Part shown: one piece after another, positions 54,501 through 64,000 of the stretch | How positions within the stretch are numbered: the stretch's first letter is position 1 | Layout of the letters: the number at the start of each line of letters is the position of its first letter | Assembly (NCBI GenBank): GCA_002269645.1 | Contig: NIVC01000001.1 | Coordinates: 2,232,001 to 2,296,000, forward strand | Source: Macrostomum lignano | Lineage: Eukaryota | Direction of reading: 5' to 3' | DNA: 64,000 bases | The notes under the pieces: generated by a model | What the model saw: the letters and a program-made list of their open reading frames with translations, nothing else | What the model was told of the DNA's origin: nothing | Databases searched by the model: none | Program-made: the position numbers and the translations under genes

Positions 54501-57500
54501 GGAAGCATCCCGTGGCGCTAGCAGCCGACATCGAGGAGATGTATCTGAGAGTTCGAATTGCGCCGGAGGACAGAAGATTTTTCCGATTTCTGTGGCGAGA
54601 CTTAGACTTGAAGCAAACGCCGAAGAGCTATGAGTTCTGCAGTGTGGTATTTGGCGTAAACTGCTCTCCGTTTCTGGCTCAGTTTGTGGCACAGGAGAAT
54701 GCGCGACACTATCAGCAACAGCTGCCGCTGGCGGCCAACACCGTGCTGCATTCCACTTATATGGACGACAGTCTAGACTCCGTAGAAACCGTTGGCCAAG
54801 CGGTGAAACTCTTCCAACAACTCGTAGAATTATGGAGCAAGGCAGGGATGCGAGCTTGCAAATGGATGTCGAATTCGTTAGAAGTGCTGCAACACGTTCC
54901 AGTCGAGGACCGCGCAGAACGCGCCGAGTTGCTATTGAAAGGTGAGGCCCGAACCGCTAAGGCGCTTGGAGTGAATTGGAATGCGAAAGAGGACGTCCTA
55001 GGAATTTCCATCAGCGAGTCGAATGCTAGCGGCAAGGTGATGACGAAGAGACTGCTTTTGCGCGGTGTGGCCGAGGTGTTTGACCCCTGTGGCTTCCTAG
55101 CTCCGGTAGTTATCACAGGAAAGATAATGCTGCAGTTGGCATGGCAACAAGGTGTTGGGTGGGATGAAGCGTTGGATCCTGAGTTGGCTGATCAAGCGTT
55201 TCAGTGGACCAGTGAGCTCTCCAAAGCTACGAGACTAGCCGTGCCTCGGTGTCTGCGTCCAGACAACGGATCCATCGAACTTCACTCGTTTGTAGACGCA
55301 TCGCAAGAGGCCTACGGAGCCGTCGTATATCTGCGGAGCGAAACGATGAGTAAGACGACGGTCCGTTTCGTTGCTGCAAAGGCTAAGGTAGCACCATTGA
55401 TGGCGGTGAGCATCCCTCGACTGGAGTTGATGGCGGCAGTCCTAGGACTTCGGCTCGCAAGGGCAGTGGCCGAGGCGTTGGAGATCGCGATTGAGTCTGT
55501 GGTGTTTTGGAGTGACAGTCACAATGTGCTTTGGTGGATTCGCAGGCAGAGTAGAGCGTTCAAGCCTTTCGTTGCGAACCGAGTCGCCTTCATCCAGCAG
55601 CAGGTGCAGCCAAATCAATGGCGGTACGTTCCAACAGGTCTGAATCCAGCGGATGTGGCATCCCGTGGCTGCAGTGTGCAAGAGCTGATGGACAACGAGC
55701 TGTGGTGGAACGGCCCTGGATTCTTGGCGAGGTGCTCAAACGATTGGCCAGAAATGCCGATTCCAGTTGCGCCAGAAACTACTGAGGCGAATACCCGTCG
55801 AAGAGAGCTAGCAAGCATCCAGAAGCGTTGTGCAGAGCCCGTATGTCTGGTCACCACCGATGAAGAAGACAAGACAGGCTGGCGACTCAAACCAGAGCGA
55901 TTCTCTAGTTTCCATCGACTGCAGCGCGTCTTCGCTTGGGTGTTGCGGTTCATTCGGAACTGTCAGACGGAGAAGTATCAGCGGAGCGGCGGTGAGCTGT
56001 TGGTGGATGAGCTCGAGGAGGTCGAGGAGCGTTTGGTAAGGTTAGCTCAGGAGGAAGCGTTCAAGACGGATACAGTGAACGAGAAGAAGCTGCGGTGCTT
56101 GCAGCCGGTACGTGATGCAGCAGGAGTCCTACGAGTGGATGGCCGGTTGAAATTCAGGCCACAGGCGCCATTTGCAGCAAGACATCCATCTATTTTGCCG
56201 CGGAAGCATTGGATCACCAAGCTGATCATCAAACAATATCACGAGCAGCAGAGCCATGGTGGGACTAACCAAACTCTGGCGGCGCTGTCAGCCAAGTATT
56301 GGGTTATCTGTGCTCGGGAAGCTATTCGCGAGTGGGAGGTTGAATGCGCTGTGTGCAAGAGAGAGAAAGCTCGTCCCATCGTAAAACAGATGGCGCCACT
56401 GCCTGATGCCCGTGTCGCAGGATCCTTAAAAGCCTTCACGAACGTAGCCGTCGACATGGGAGGGCCGTTCGTCACTATTCAAGGCCGATTTAAGAAGAGG
56501 CAGAAACGCTATTTGGCGCTGTTCACATGCCTCGAGACGCGAGCGGTACACCTCGAGATGACCTACAGCCTTGACGCGGACTCTTTCTTGAACGCCTTCT
56601 ACCGAATGGTGAACAGGCGTGGCTTACCCAAGGCTATGTATTCTGACAACGGTGGCAACTTTGTAAAAGGTGCAGATGAACTGCGACTTCTGGAGGAGCT
56701 GGACAGGACAAGGATCAGTCGCGAGACATCCAAGCAGCGAGTCAAGTGGAACTTCCAGCCGCCAGCCGCCCCGCACTTTGGTGGAGCCCACGAGGTGATG
56801 ATTCGGGCTGCGAAGCGAGCGCTACACGCGATTCTGGGCAGCGCAGATGTCACCGACGAGGAGCTTCAGTCAGCGATCACTGGAGCGGAGGCGCTTATCA
56901 ACTCGCGCCCCATCACCTATCAATCGGCGAATCCGAGAGACGAAGAGCCACTAACGCCAAACCATTTCCTGCACGGTCAAGCTGGTGGACAATTCGCGCC
57001 GGATGTGCCCGACGACGTCGCGGCTGACCCGAGGCGGCGGTGGCGGCGCGTCCAAGAACTCGTGAGGCACGTCTGGCGACGCTGGATGCGCGAATGGCTG
57101 CCAGGGTTGCAGCCGAGAGCCAAGTGGGCGGGACCGCAGCGTGATTTACAGCCAGGTGATGTCGTTCTCGTCATCAAAGCAGACTCACCGCGGGGACACT
57201 GGCCGGTGGGACGAGTAGTCGAAGTCTACCCAGGTTCAGACAATCGAGTCCGGGTGGCCAAGGTCCAGGTCGGTGGGACGGTATTTGTGCGGCCTGTGAG
57301 CAAACTGTGCTATCTCGAGTGAGAGGAGTTGATCATTTGCTTAAGAACTGTTTGTTTTCTTTTCCGGACTTTTCCGAGTTTACGCTGAGTTTTCAAATTG
57401 TTTGTACTGTATCGTGTGCGTTCAGTAGGCTTTCTGCCAGTTTTGGGCTTTTCAAGCCGTTGCCTTTTTGATTATTGGTTGTGTCTGTTTTTGTTCATGG

Positions 57501-59049
57501 TTTTTTTTGGGATCAGATTTTTTTGGAGCGCAGTTGGCGCATTTGTTTTTCCTTTGAGTTTGAGCTGTTTGAAGTTTCTGTTAAGTTACGGTGATGGGTT
57601 TTTTCTGTCAACCATTTTCGACTTTATTAAAATTGCGAGTTTAAGCTGAGTTGCAAATTTTTATATTTTTTGATGTTTAGTGGTAACTTATTTCAGTTTG
57701 CGGTCTTGCGCATTTTCATTGTTTTCATTTGCGAGTCTTGGTGGCGGGTGCCGAAACATCTTTTCAGTTTGGCTTTTGAGCTCTTTTGAGCCCTCACGCT
57801 TCTCGTGCTGTTCCCAGGCGTTGTATGTTTTTTTTTGCTATGGTCATAGTTTGTCCGTTCGGTTACTAGGTACTCAAGTTCAGTGTTTCCGGTCTTTGTT
57901 GCTGACATTGCTCTGTCAGGAAGGGGGGAATGTTTAGGAGTTGGCTTACATGTACGAGTGTACTTTTCATTCACCTACGCGTAACTTTCATAGCAGAGAT
58001 TTTGATACGTACGTTTCAGCCCCAGCCCCCATTTATAATGTTCAGCAGCACCCACCCCATTTATTTAAAATTATTGCAATATATAGTTATCAGCCTCTCC
58101 AGAGAGAGTGCGCACGCTGGTTGTTTTGTTCGGTTGGCTAGTAGCCGAAAAATAGTCGCTTACTGCGAAGACTCAATTTATTGAATGAACCATCAAAACA
58201 CCCCCCTGTGAGCAAACCTGGTAGCTTTTAGCGCGAATGAAATGACTAGAAATCTCCCCCCTGTGAGCAAACCTGGTAGCTTTTAGCGCGAATGAAATGA
58301 CTAGAAATCTCCCCCCTGTGAGCAAACCTGGTAGCTTTTAGCGCGAATGAAATGACTAGAAATCTCCCCCCCGTGAGCAAACCTGGTAGCTTTTAGCGCG
58401 AATGAAATGACTAGAAATCTCCCCCCTGTGAGCAAACCTGGTAGCTTTTAGCGCGAATGAAATGACTAGAAATCTCCCCCCCTGTGAGCAAACCTGGTAG
58501 CTTTTAGCGCGAATGAAATGACTAGAAATCTCCCCCCTGTGAGCAAACCTGGTAGCTTTTAGCGCGAATGAAATGACTAGAAATCTCCCCCCTGTGAGCA
58601 AACCTGGTAGCTTTTAGCGCGAATGAAATGACTAGAAATCTCCCCCCTGTGAGCAAACCTGGTAGCTTTTAGCGCGAATGAAATGACTAGAAATCTCCCC
58701 CCCGTGAGCAAACCTGGTAGCTTTTAGCGCGAATGAAATGACTAGAAATCTTCAAAGACTTGTGACAGCAGTTCTTGCTCTGCATCCGATCTGTGAGATC
58801 GGTAAAGAACTTGAATCCTCCTTTGAGAACGCAGATTGCGTGCAGACCCTCCTCAGGATCGCAGCTGGCCTGCAGGTCCTGGCTGATCTCCTCTGCCATG
58901 CGTTCAATGCGATCCAGAACGAGGCCGTAGGGGATCACCACGTTGGAGATGTAGGGCGCGTAGTGGGCTGGGTAGCTGAGCGACTCCAGCGGCAGCACTG
59001 GCGGCTCATCTGGTATCTGGGGCGAGTGCACAGGGTATCTGGATTGTGA
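45540..59049 (-). CDS. HPRT1: Hypoxanthine-guanine phosphoribosyltransferase; exons 59049-58714, 49745-49680, 49606-49459, 48271-48195, 45596-45540 (227 aa plus an initiator not in these exons)
   Basis: ICVLKGGFKFF, FIRAKSYQ|NDQSTG, VLVVEDIVDTG (PRPP loop), KVASLLLKRTP, VGYALDYNENFRDL, HICQISDEGKKKF*. All introns GT-AG with matching phases (0, 0, 1, 0). Confidence 0.94.
45680..48002. repeat. 26-bp minisatellite (TGCATCCAACTGAAACTCATTTCCAA)n in HPRT intron 4
   Basis: Direct reading; internal higher-order duplications. Confidence 0.95.
48470..49335. repeat. 19-bp telomere-like minisatellite (TAAACCCTAAACACTAACC)n in HPRT intron 3
   Basis: Units contain CCCTAA. Confidence 0.9.
50409..50500 (-). 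mobile_element. Degenerate tRNA-like/SINE fragment in HPRT intron 1
   Basis: Minus-strand B-box GGATTCGATTCC (50424-50435); rest degenerate. Confidence 0.25.
51165..51434 (+). repeat. 5' LTR (270 bp)
   Basis: TGTTTAGG...CAAAACA; same sequence at 57931-58200. Confidence 0.97.
51378..51421 (+). other. Spliced-leader-like segment in the 5' LTR (second copy 58144-58187)
   Basis: GCCGAAAAATAGTCGCTTACTGCGAAGACTCAATTTATTGAATG versus recalled Macrostomum SL GCCGTAAAGACGGTCTCTTACTGCGAAGACTCAATTTATTGCATG; 28/29 identity over the 3' core. Confidence 0.8.
51437..51454 (+). promoter_or_regulatory. Primer binding site complementary to the 3' end of initiator tRNA-Met
   Basis: TGGTAGCAGAGCGTGGTT, 2 nt after the LTR. 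Its complement AACCACGCTCTGCTACCA resembles the metazoan tRNAi-Met 3' end (...CTCTGCTACCA). Confidence 0.8.
51497..57322 (+). CDS. BEL/Pao Gag-Pol polyprotein, 1941 aa
   Basis: Gag (IPVFSGDKREFEGWRAAF), three Cys/His knuckles (CGLCGEQHGVWSC, CFCCLGANHLAGAC, CGVDGCKANHNRLLH), protease LLDDAS, RT YMDD, RNase H FVDASQEAYG, integrase HHCC plus DDE (VDMGGP, SDNGGNF, HFGGAHE) and WRRVQ...WRRW C-terminal domain, in PR-RT-RH-IN order. Confidence 0.97.
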   Translation: MSDEEAEMQEQVPEGDSRLISLKARKAVDKCAFTKQRNRLLKVLGSDGATLADVEPLAGTLDDHYERVSAVLQAILPEVVGNLPVQVQTVKELEKLETEYGEIVNLLRELRKREREVRLESREIEQKEMRQKELEAVRRQRIEMEEEERRMQQEFAERQRELDVRLDALRLAETSASANDQLYSSQLRVEAAVQSQAAYSVPVANPMVQADPSVNPLIGGGSDQLRSAEQGGERVKAGEKSIPPTPTGGKCDHADSNQPRGQLGIQAMYGGANSPIGASPAAAAECTAKAWAEERIGQDMWRQLQRVAIPVFSGDKREFEGWRAAFYACVHASPSSEAYKLLQLRQSLRGEALKLVANLGYSEFAYKAALERLEREYGGERRRLMLALEDLDSFQPIQIENASQLKKLADLLDVTVVNLQAAGRESELSNNGLMYLRVQKKLPTETLARFHRWIGEARKEDSLRTLHRWLLTEADYMTVACEAVRGVASSGETGRHDSVKAKKTVSRGVAAARSFFVKTNDSNSQNKEQAEGRKGCGLCGEQHGVWSCPRFQRMEPGARWAMVRDKRLCFCCLGANHLAGACKRARVCGVDGCKANHNRLLHQRGPAATTANPHEGGSPKTIERPKSFQEKKSTVQEPQEACTLLARTSPSIALRTVPVILSNGGREVRVNVLLDDASTRSYLNSDVAAELGLEGNLEPMTVKVLNGQVSTFQTVPVEVDIRSLDGAFRATVTAHTTEKVTGGMEAVDWSQLAKRWAHLRGVPFDKIKGKQTVDMLIGVDNADLHFACREVGGQPGEPIARLTPIGWTCVGPVNQVGTAEEQQQQTFFTVTAENEASDLLRKMWEIDEVPDGGQQARMSAEDQKIVEATRASLKMENGRFQVAIPWKKNPEELPMNNEAALQRLVSTEKRLLKNPELAKAYQAVIDKHLAKGYVREVGISEPSQAGQWFLPHFAIVRADKETTKVRIVFDAAARSNGVCLNDTIHTGPKLQQDLLKVLLRFRKHPVALAADIEEMYLRVRIAPEDRRFFRFLWRDLDLKQTPKSYEFCSVVFGVNCSPFLAQFVAQENARHYQQQLPLAANTVLHSTYMDDSLDSVETVGQAVKLFQQLVELWSKAGMRACKWMSNSLEVLQHVPVEDRAERAELLLKGEARTAKALGVNWNAKEDVLGISISESNASGKVMTKRLLLRGVAEVFDPCGFLAPVVITGKIMLQLAWQQGVGWDEALDPELADQAFQWTSELSKATRLAVPRCLRPDNGSIELHSFVDASQEAYGAVVYLRSETMSKTTVRFVAAKAKVAPLMAVSIPRLELMAAVLGLRLARAVAEALEIAIESVVFWSDSHNVLWWIRRQSRAFKPFVANRVAFIQQQVQPNQWRYVPTGLNPADVASRGCSVQELMDNELWWNGPGFLARCSNDWPEMPIPVAPETTEANTRRRELASIQKRCAEPVCLVTTDEEDKTGWRLKPERFSSFHRLQRVFAWVLRFIRNCQTEKYQRSGGELLVDELEEVEERLVRLAQEEAFKTDTVNEKKLRCLQPVRDAAGVLRVDGRLKFRPQAPFAARHPSILPRKHWITKLIIKQYHEQQSHGGTNQTLAALSAKYWVICAREAIREWEVECAVCKREKARPIVKQMAPLPDARVAGSLKAFTNVAVDMGGPFVTIQGRFKKRQKRYLALFTCLETRAVHLEMTYSLDADSFLNAFYRMVNRRGLPKAMYSDNGGNFVKGADELRLLEELDRTRISRETSKQRVKWNFQPPAAPHFGGAHEVMIRAAKRALHAILGSADVTDEELQSAITGAEALINSRPITYQSANPRDEEPLTPNHFLHGQAGGQFAPDVPDDVAADPRRRWRRVQELVRHVWRRWMREWLPGLQPRAKWAGPQRDLQPGDVVLVIKADSPRGHWPVGRVVEVYPGSDNRVRVAKVQVGGTVFVRPVSKLCYLE
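57931..58200 (+). repeat. 3' LTR (270 bp)
   Basis: Directly follows PPT AGGAAGGGGGGAA; matches the 5' LTR by eye. Confidence 0.97.
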
Positions 59050-59927
59050 CTGCAGGCTGTTATGTGTGAATATGTGAATCTTAAAACAAGCAATGACAAT
59101 ACAACTGTGTACAGGAATTTTTTATTTTAAAAAAAAGTTTAATGCAATTCCATTTGTGTATTAAAATAACAAATTTATAAGAACAAAAATATCCTAACTA
59201 TACTAGGTCTATTTTCTAATATTGGGTTGCAGTGCTTGGTATAGCTTGCCCCCACCTTCAAAAATTTTCTGGATCTGTGCCTGGATATGGCAACTGTCTA
59301 TGACTCTATAATGCAAAAACTTATAGAAATGGCAGCCATGTCTCTAATAGTGCTTAGGTCTATACTTATAGACATGGCCACAATTTCTATAATTTTAGAG
59401 CCTATAGACACATTGGCAGTGTCCCATAGTCCAGATCATGGCAGGTGTACGCCGGAATGAAATTTCCTATTTTTTCAACTTTAAGCCAATGTAAAATTAA
59501 AATTTTTTATGCCAAGTCTACAGTTGTTTGTATGCCAATATTTTTAAAGAAAAAATAATTTTAGAACTACAGGAGTTTTACTGAACTTTAAAATGACTGT
59601 TCTTTGCTAAATTTCAGTTATTGCTCATTTTTTGTTTTAATTTTGTTCTTTTTCTTAGAAATTGTAATAATCCAATATACTAAAAATCAAAACTATGTAC
59701 CTACCTATCTATAGGAACCTTTGTTTAACTTGACTTGGTGTGAGTGTTGAATTATAAGTGCTACAAATTCATTTATAAATTCAATGAGAGCTAGCCTAAA
59801 TGTAAACACACTGGACTACTAATGCAGCAACCGGCATTTGAATCTTAGTAGTGTAAATAAAAGTAGCATAATTTTTTTATTGAAGGCTTTTATTAAAGGA
59901 CTAATTAAAAAGACCTGGATTATGGCT

Positions 59928-60585
59928 GTTGATAAACCAAGGATTATTGCACTTGATAAACCAAGGATTATTGCACTTGATAAACCAAGGATTGTTGCAC
60001 TTGGTAAACCAAGGATTACCATGCTTGATAAACCAAGGATTTGTAGTGACTGTGAAATGAAAAAGGTAGAGCTAGGCGGTGGTTTGCCCTTGCTTGCTTC
60101 TTTGTTTGGCACTTGAGTTGCTCGAATATCAAAGATGCTAGGAGCAGATGCTAGTTTAGCTACTGTATATTTATACTATAATTTGTCCTTCCAGAAATTT
60201 CTAGAATCATTTTAGTGCGGTAAAACAAACTGTATAGTAAGTATCGTACGTACGGTATTCATATTTTGTATGATGATGAATTACAGTATAGTAAATAAAT
60301 ATTTATTGAGTAGAAATATTTACTACGAGATTAGAAATAGCTAGATAAAGAATTTTCTAGAATTTAACTCGTACTATATTGCAGAAATTTCTGGAAGTAA
60401 ACATCATACGGTATAGAACTTTTGCGAAGGTCACTACAGATTATTGCACTTGATAAGCCAATGATTATTGTACTTGATAAGCCAAGGATTACTGCACTTT
60501 ATAAACCAAGGATTATTGCACTTGAAAAGCCAATGATTATTGCACTTGATAAGTCAAGGATTATTGTACTTTGATAATAAGGAAT
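59928..60585. repeat. 24-bp repeat (GATAAACCAAGGATTATTGCACTT)n in two clusters (about 59928-60040 and 60440-60585)
   Basis: Direct reading. Confidence 0.85.
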
Positions 60586-63500
60586 ATTGCACTAGATATT
60601 CATTCATTAGATATTCACTAGATATTCATTCATTCGCGCTATAGTGCAAGGAATATTGCACTATATAAGAAAACAATTATTTCACTAGCTAAGAAGCTGA
60701 TTATTGTGCTATCTAAAAAAGAGATTATTGTCCTAGCTAAGACATGGATTGTTGCACAACTTGAGAAATCAATTATTGCATTAGCTAAGGTAACATTTGC
60801 ACTAGATACTTGTTGTCTAGTAGATCATACATGCCTAACACCTGTGTAACCTGTCCTAACCGGATGGGTGAAATGGCTGCCAGCCAAGGTAAGTCACAAA
60901 ATTGAAAATAGGAAAAACAAAAAAGTGGGTGAAGAAAGAAAGGAGAAGAGGAAAAAAGTAAAAAAGGAGAGAAAAGAGAGAGAGGGGAAAGAGGAGAGAG
61001 AAAGAGAAAGAGAAGAAAAGAGAAAAAGGCAAGAAAAGTCATATACAAAGTAAAAATTAAGTTGCAATCAGGGGAACTAAGTTGCAATTGAGAGGAACAA
61101 ATTCACAAATCAGGACAAAACTAAGTCACACCAGATGGGTCAAATTTTGAGGTTGGGCATGTATGTAATGGATGCTTGCTCTTAAGGGATAACTTACTAT
61201 TTGGAAGAGGGGGATACAGGCTACATGTATTGGATTCTTTCTATGCAGGGATGCTTGCTATTTAGAGATTCCTGCTATCTACAGGATGCTTGCTATCTGC
61301 AGGATTCTTGCTATTTAGGTGGATGCTTCTATTTAGGGGATGCTTGCTATCTTGGGAATATTTTCTATTTAGGAGGGTGTCTATTATCTTTGTGAAAGCT
61401 ATATTTTGTTGTCTGTTTGTTAATTTTAGAAAAAGAGATTCATAGCAAATATCATTGTCTGTGACAATTTTACATGAATAAGGTAATTTTTAAAAGTGAA
61501 GAAAAAATTGTTTTTTTAAGAAAATGTGCTTTTTTAATTGTTTTCCATGAACTATTTTTGCTCCTTGCTTATTGGCCACCCCAAAAGGGGGCCACACTAG
61601 ATGGCTAGGTTTTTTTAGTTTTGTTTCCAATTATTTTTGAAAGAGCTTTTGTTAGTGAATATTTATCTACATCATATAGGCCCTATATTAGGCCTGAACT
61701 TGGCCATTTTTGTATGCCAATTGTGTAGACTTAATATTGAGCCTAAAACTTCTATATGCCAAATGTACACCAAGATTGTCAGCAAGAACAAAAATATGCC
61801 AGAATTTTCTGGCATAAAGGCCACTTTCTAGACAATGGGCAGTGTCTATAATGTAGAATGTATCTTTGGGTCACTGGGTAAATAGGGTGTTTTTGTACAA
61901 AAGAAGGTAAATTTCAAAATGACCTAATATACAACAATGTACAACAGAGAAAGAGCCAAAGCAAAAATGACAAAAAATGATGCAAAGCAAAAGATTTTTT
62001 AAACAATATAATAACAATAATGTTATTATTATGCAACACTTAAAATAGCTAAATATGTTTGATAGACTTAGCAAATTTCAAATTATTTTACAGTTAGGCC
62101 TAGGCCTAGGCCTACTATAAAAAATAGAACATTTGCTAAAAACAATTAACAAGACTTTCTTAATAGTGCCTTTTTGAAATTATTTAATATGTTGGCTTGG
62201 CATTGGCATTGCTTTAGAAGTTTAAGCCTAGTTGTTACTTTTAGGGAGTTTTAGCTAAGCATTTTAGTCACATTATATGATGATCATTGTTGCTAACACA
62301 AGTATATAAGGTGCATTTCTCAGTTTGCAACTATGTCTAAGTTGCAAACCTTTTTATTAGCTACCTCAATTTTTTGGTCATGGTGGAATCGTTTACATTT
62401 GAAGCCTGATGAAGTTTTCAATTTCAGCAAGGAAAAAAACTGCTAGATATGTTTAGCCTACTTTTGAGGGAGCTAACTGGAGCTTCAGCAAGTGTTCTGT
62501 GCACAAACTGAGTGCAGTTTGAAAATCATACAATCGCAACTGCTGGCTGACCTGGCCAATCTGGCCACCGTAAATTGTGGTGGACCAGGGCAGGGAAAGT
62601 TGCAAAAATGCCCACCCCAAAAAATATAGATGTAGGCCTAGTATATAGTACTAGGCCCTAATTAGATGACTAATAAATATATATTTTTATAATAAATAAT
62701 AATAACTGAGACTATAGATGCCTATGTTTTATGTACTTTATCTTTCGATATAGGCCTAGCAAACGTCATAACGTGAATGTAAAACTTGAATTTGACTGCG
62801 TCTAGACGCTAACTTTGTTGCCTGACTTACAATGATGGCCGACTTCTGGGGTCCTTGTTGTGCCATAGTTGTTTGTTTCAAGACTGAATTGAATGCTTAA
62901 GCAATAGAAACAGAAAATAGCGGAAATCTAAATAAAATAAAGTGGAATATTGACGTAAGTACGATACTAAATGGGACAAAAAGGGCGCGGGCAAATTAAA
63001 AAATTATATTAAAAATGAATATTGAAATTGTGCTTTTCCAAGAAATAATAATGTTTTAAATGAATGCCTATCTATTTGTGAAGCAATTCTGAAATAAAAT
63101 TAAATTGAGGGTTCTTTTTATTATCATCGCATGTAACTAAAATCAAGCTAGAAGTTAATGTTGCTATTCTATATTTTAACACTTATCTGCGATTGATAGG
63201 ATTACTATTATTTTAGTAACGAGGAAATGTCTCAAAGATAGATCAGAGCCAAGGACCACTGTATATAACTGTTATATACACTGGTGCTTGATCAGAGCTA
63301 CAGCTGATATCTCCCTAACTGTGTTGTAATTGTACCGAAGATATTGAAACGCTTTGCTGATGATCTATGAGTTGGAGCTGGTGCAGGCTCAGCCCATATT
63401 TTCAGTCAGCCCATCTTATTTATACAAAATATTTTGTATCCAGTCTTAAATTGTAAGAACAACTAATTGCTTATGTTTTTTGGATGCGTGCATCAAGGGT

Positions 63501-64000
63501 CGATGACGACACATTTATGAAGATTAGTCGGAGTCAGCTAGCAAACAACCCACATACATGTATGAGCCCACAAAAGCAAACTCTAGCTATGATCGATGTA
63601 CTCGTACATGTAGGTTTACTGCAATTAAGCTCTTTTCCAACACACCTCCGGCCACTCAAAAAAACGAAAAGCGAGCTAGCTTCTTGTTCATGTACGTACT
63701 GCAAGTAGCTGTAAGCGCGCATGGTTAGCAAAAATTTTGAAAGATTTAAGTTTTTTGATCAGCTACTCTATCCCAAGGACGACTATTGAAGATTAAATTA
63801 TACATGTATATGTGCATGTAAAGTTAGTCCTTGCATTCTTTTTCTATACACAAATAGTGTGCTAAATACATGTGTAAATGTGTAAATAATTTTGGCGGTC
63901 GTAAATATGTAAATTACATATAAGAATCAAATTGAAGGATATGTTAATCCGTCTGAACAGCTTGCATAAACCAAGATCCGCTTATAAATCAGTATGATTA

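Larger units (their letters stand above)
51165..58200 (+). mobile_element. Full-length BEL/Pao LTR retrotransposon (7036 bp), antisense in HPRT intron 1
   Basis: Two 270-bp TG...CA LTRs that look identical, PBS 51437-51454, PPT 57918-57930, 5-bp TSD CCCCC (51160-51164 and 58201-58205), single intact gag-pol ORF. Confidence 0.97.
50555..58750. repeat. 55-bp minisatellite (50555-51164 and 58201-58750) interrupted by the BEL element
   Basis: Unit GAAATCTCCCCCCTGTGAGCAAACCTGGTAGCTTTTAGCGCGAATGAAATGACTA, about 21 copies; the last copy is the HPRT exon 1 end. Confidence 0.95.

Noticed and set aside
52305-57177. Many antisense and alternate-frame ORFs inside the retrotransposon
   Set aside because: Shadow ORFs of the GC-rich gag-pol with no recognisable domains.

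Overview
Eukaryotic, intron-containing DNA with no CRISPR, rRNA or prokaryotic signals. Most long ORFs in the track are artefacts of mini- and microsatellites. The organism is inferred to be a free-living flatworm, Macrostomum lignano or a relative, from minisatellite-packed introns, GC3-rich exons and a match to the Macrostomum spliced leader (SL) as I recall it. Nine genes were reconstructed by hand with consistent splice phases: an orphan 2-TM protein (+), a class A peptide-type GPCR (+), PPCS (-), mitochondrial thioredoxin (+), an SLC22 transporter (+), two tandem GSTs (-), a FAM122/PABIR-like protein (-) and HPRT (-). HPRT intron 1 holds an intact, very young 7.0-kb BEL/Pao LTR retrotransposon (identical 270-bp LTRs, 5-bp TSD, single 1941-aa ORF). 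It sits inside a 55-bp minisatellite that is itself an amplified HPRT exon/5' splice-site junction. The main finding is that both LTRs carry a near-copy of the host SL exon (28/29-nt core match) just before the LTR end and PBS. The HPRT first coding exon also has no ATG, and its phase-0 acceptor would put the SL-terminal AUG in frame. The SL sequence is recalled from the literature and must be verified.
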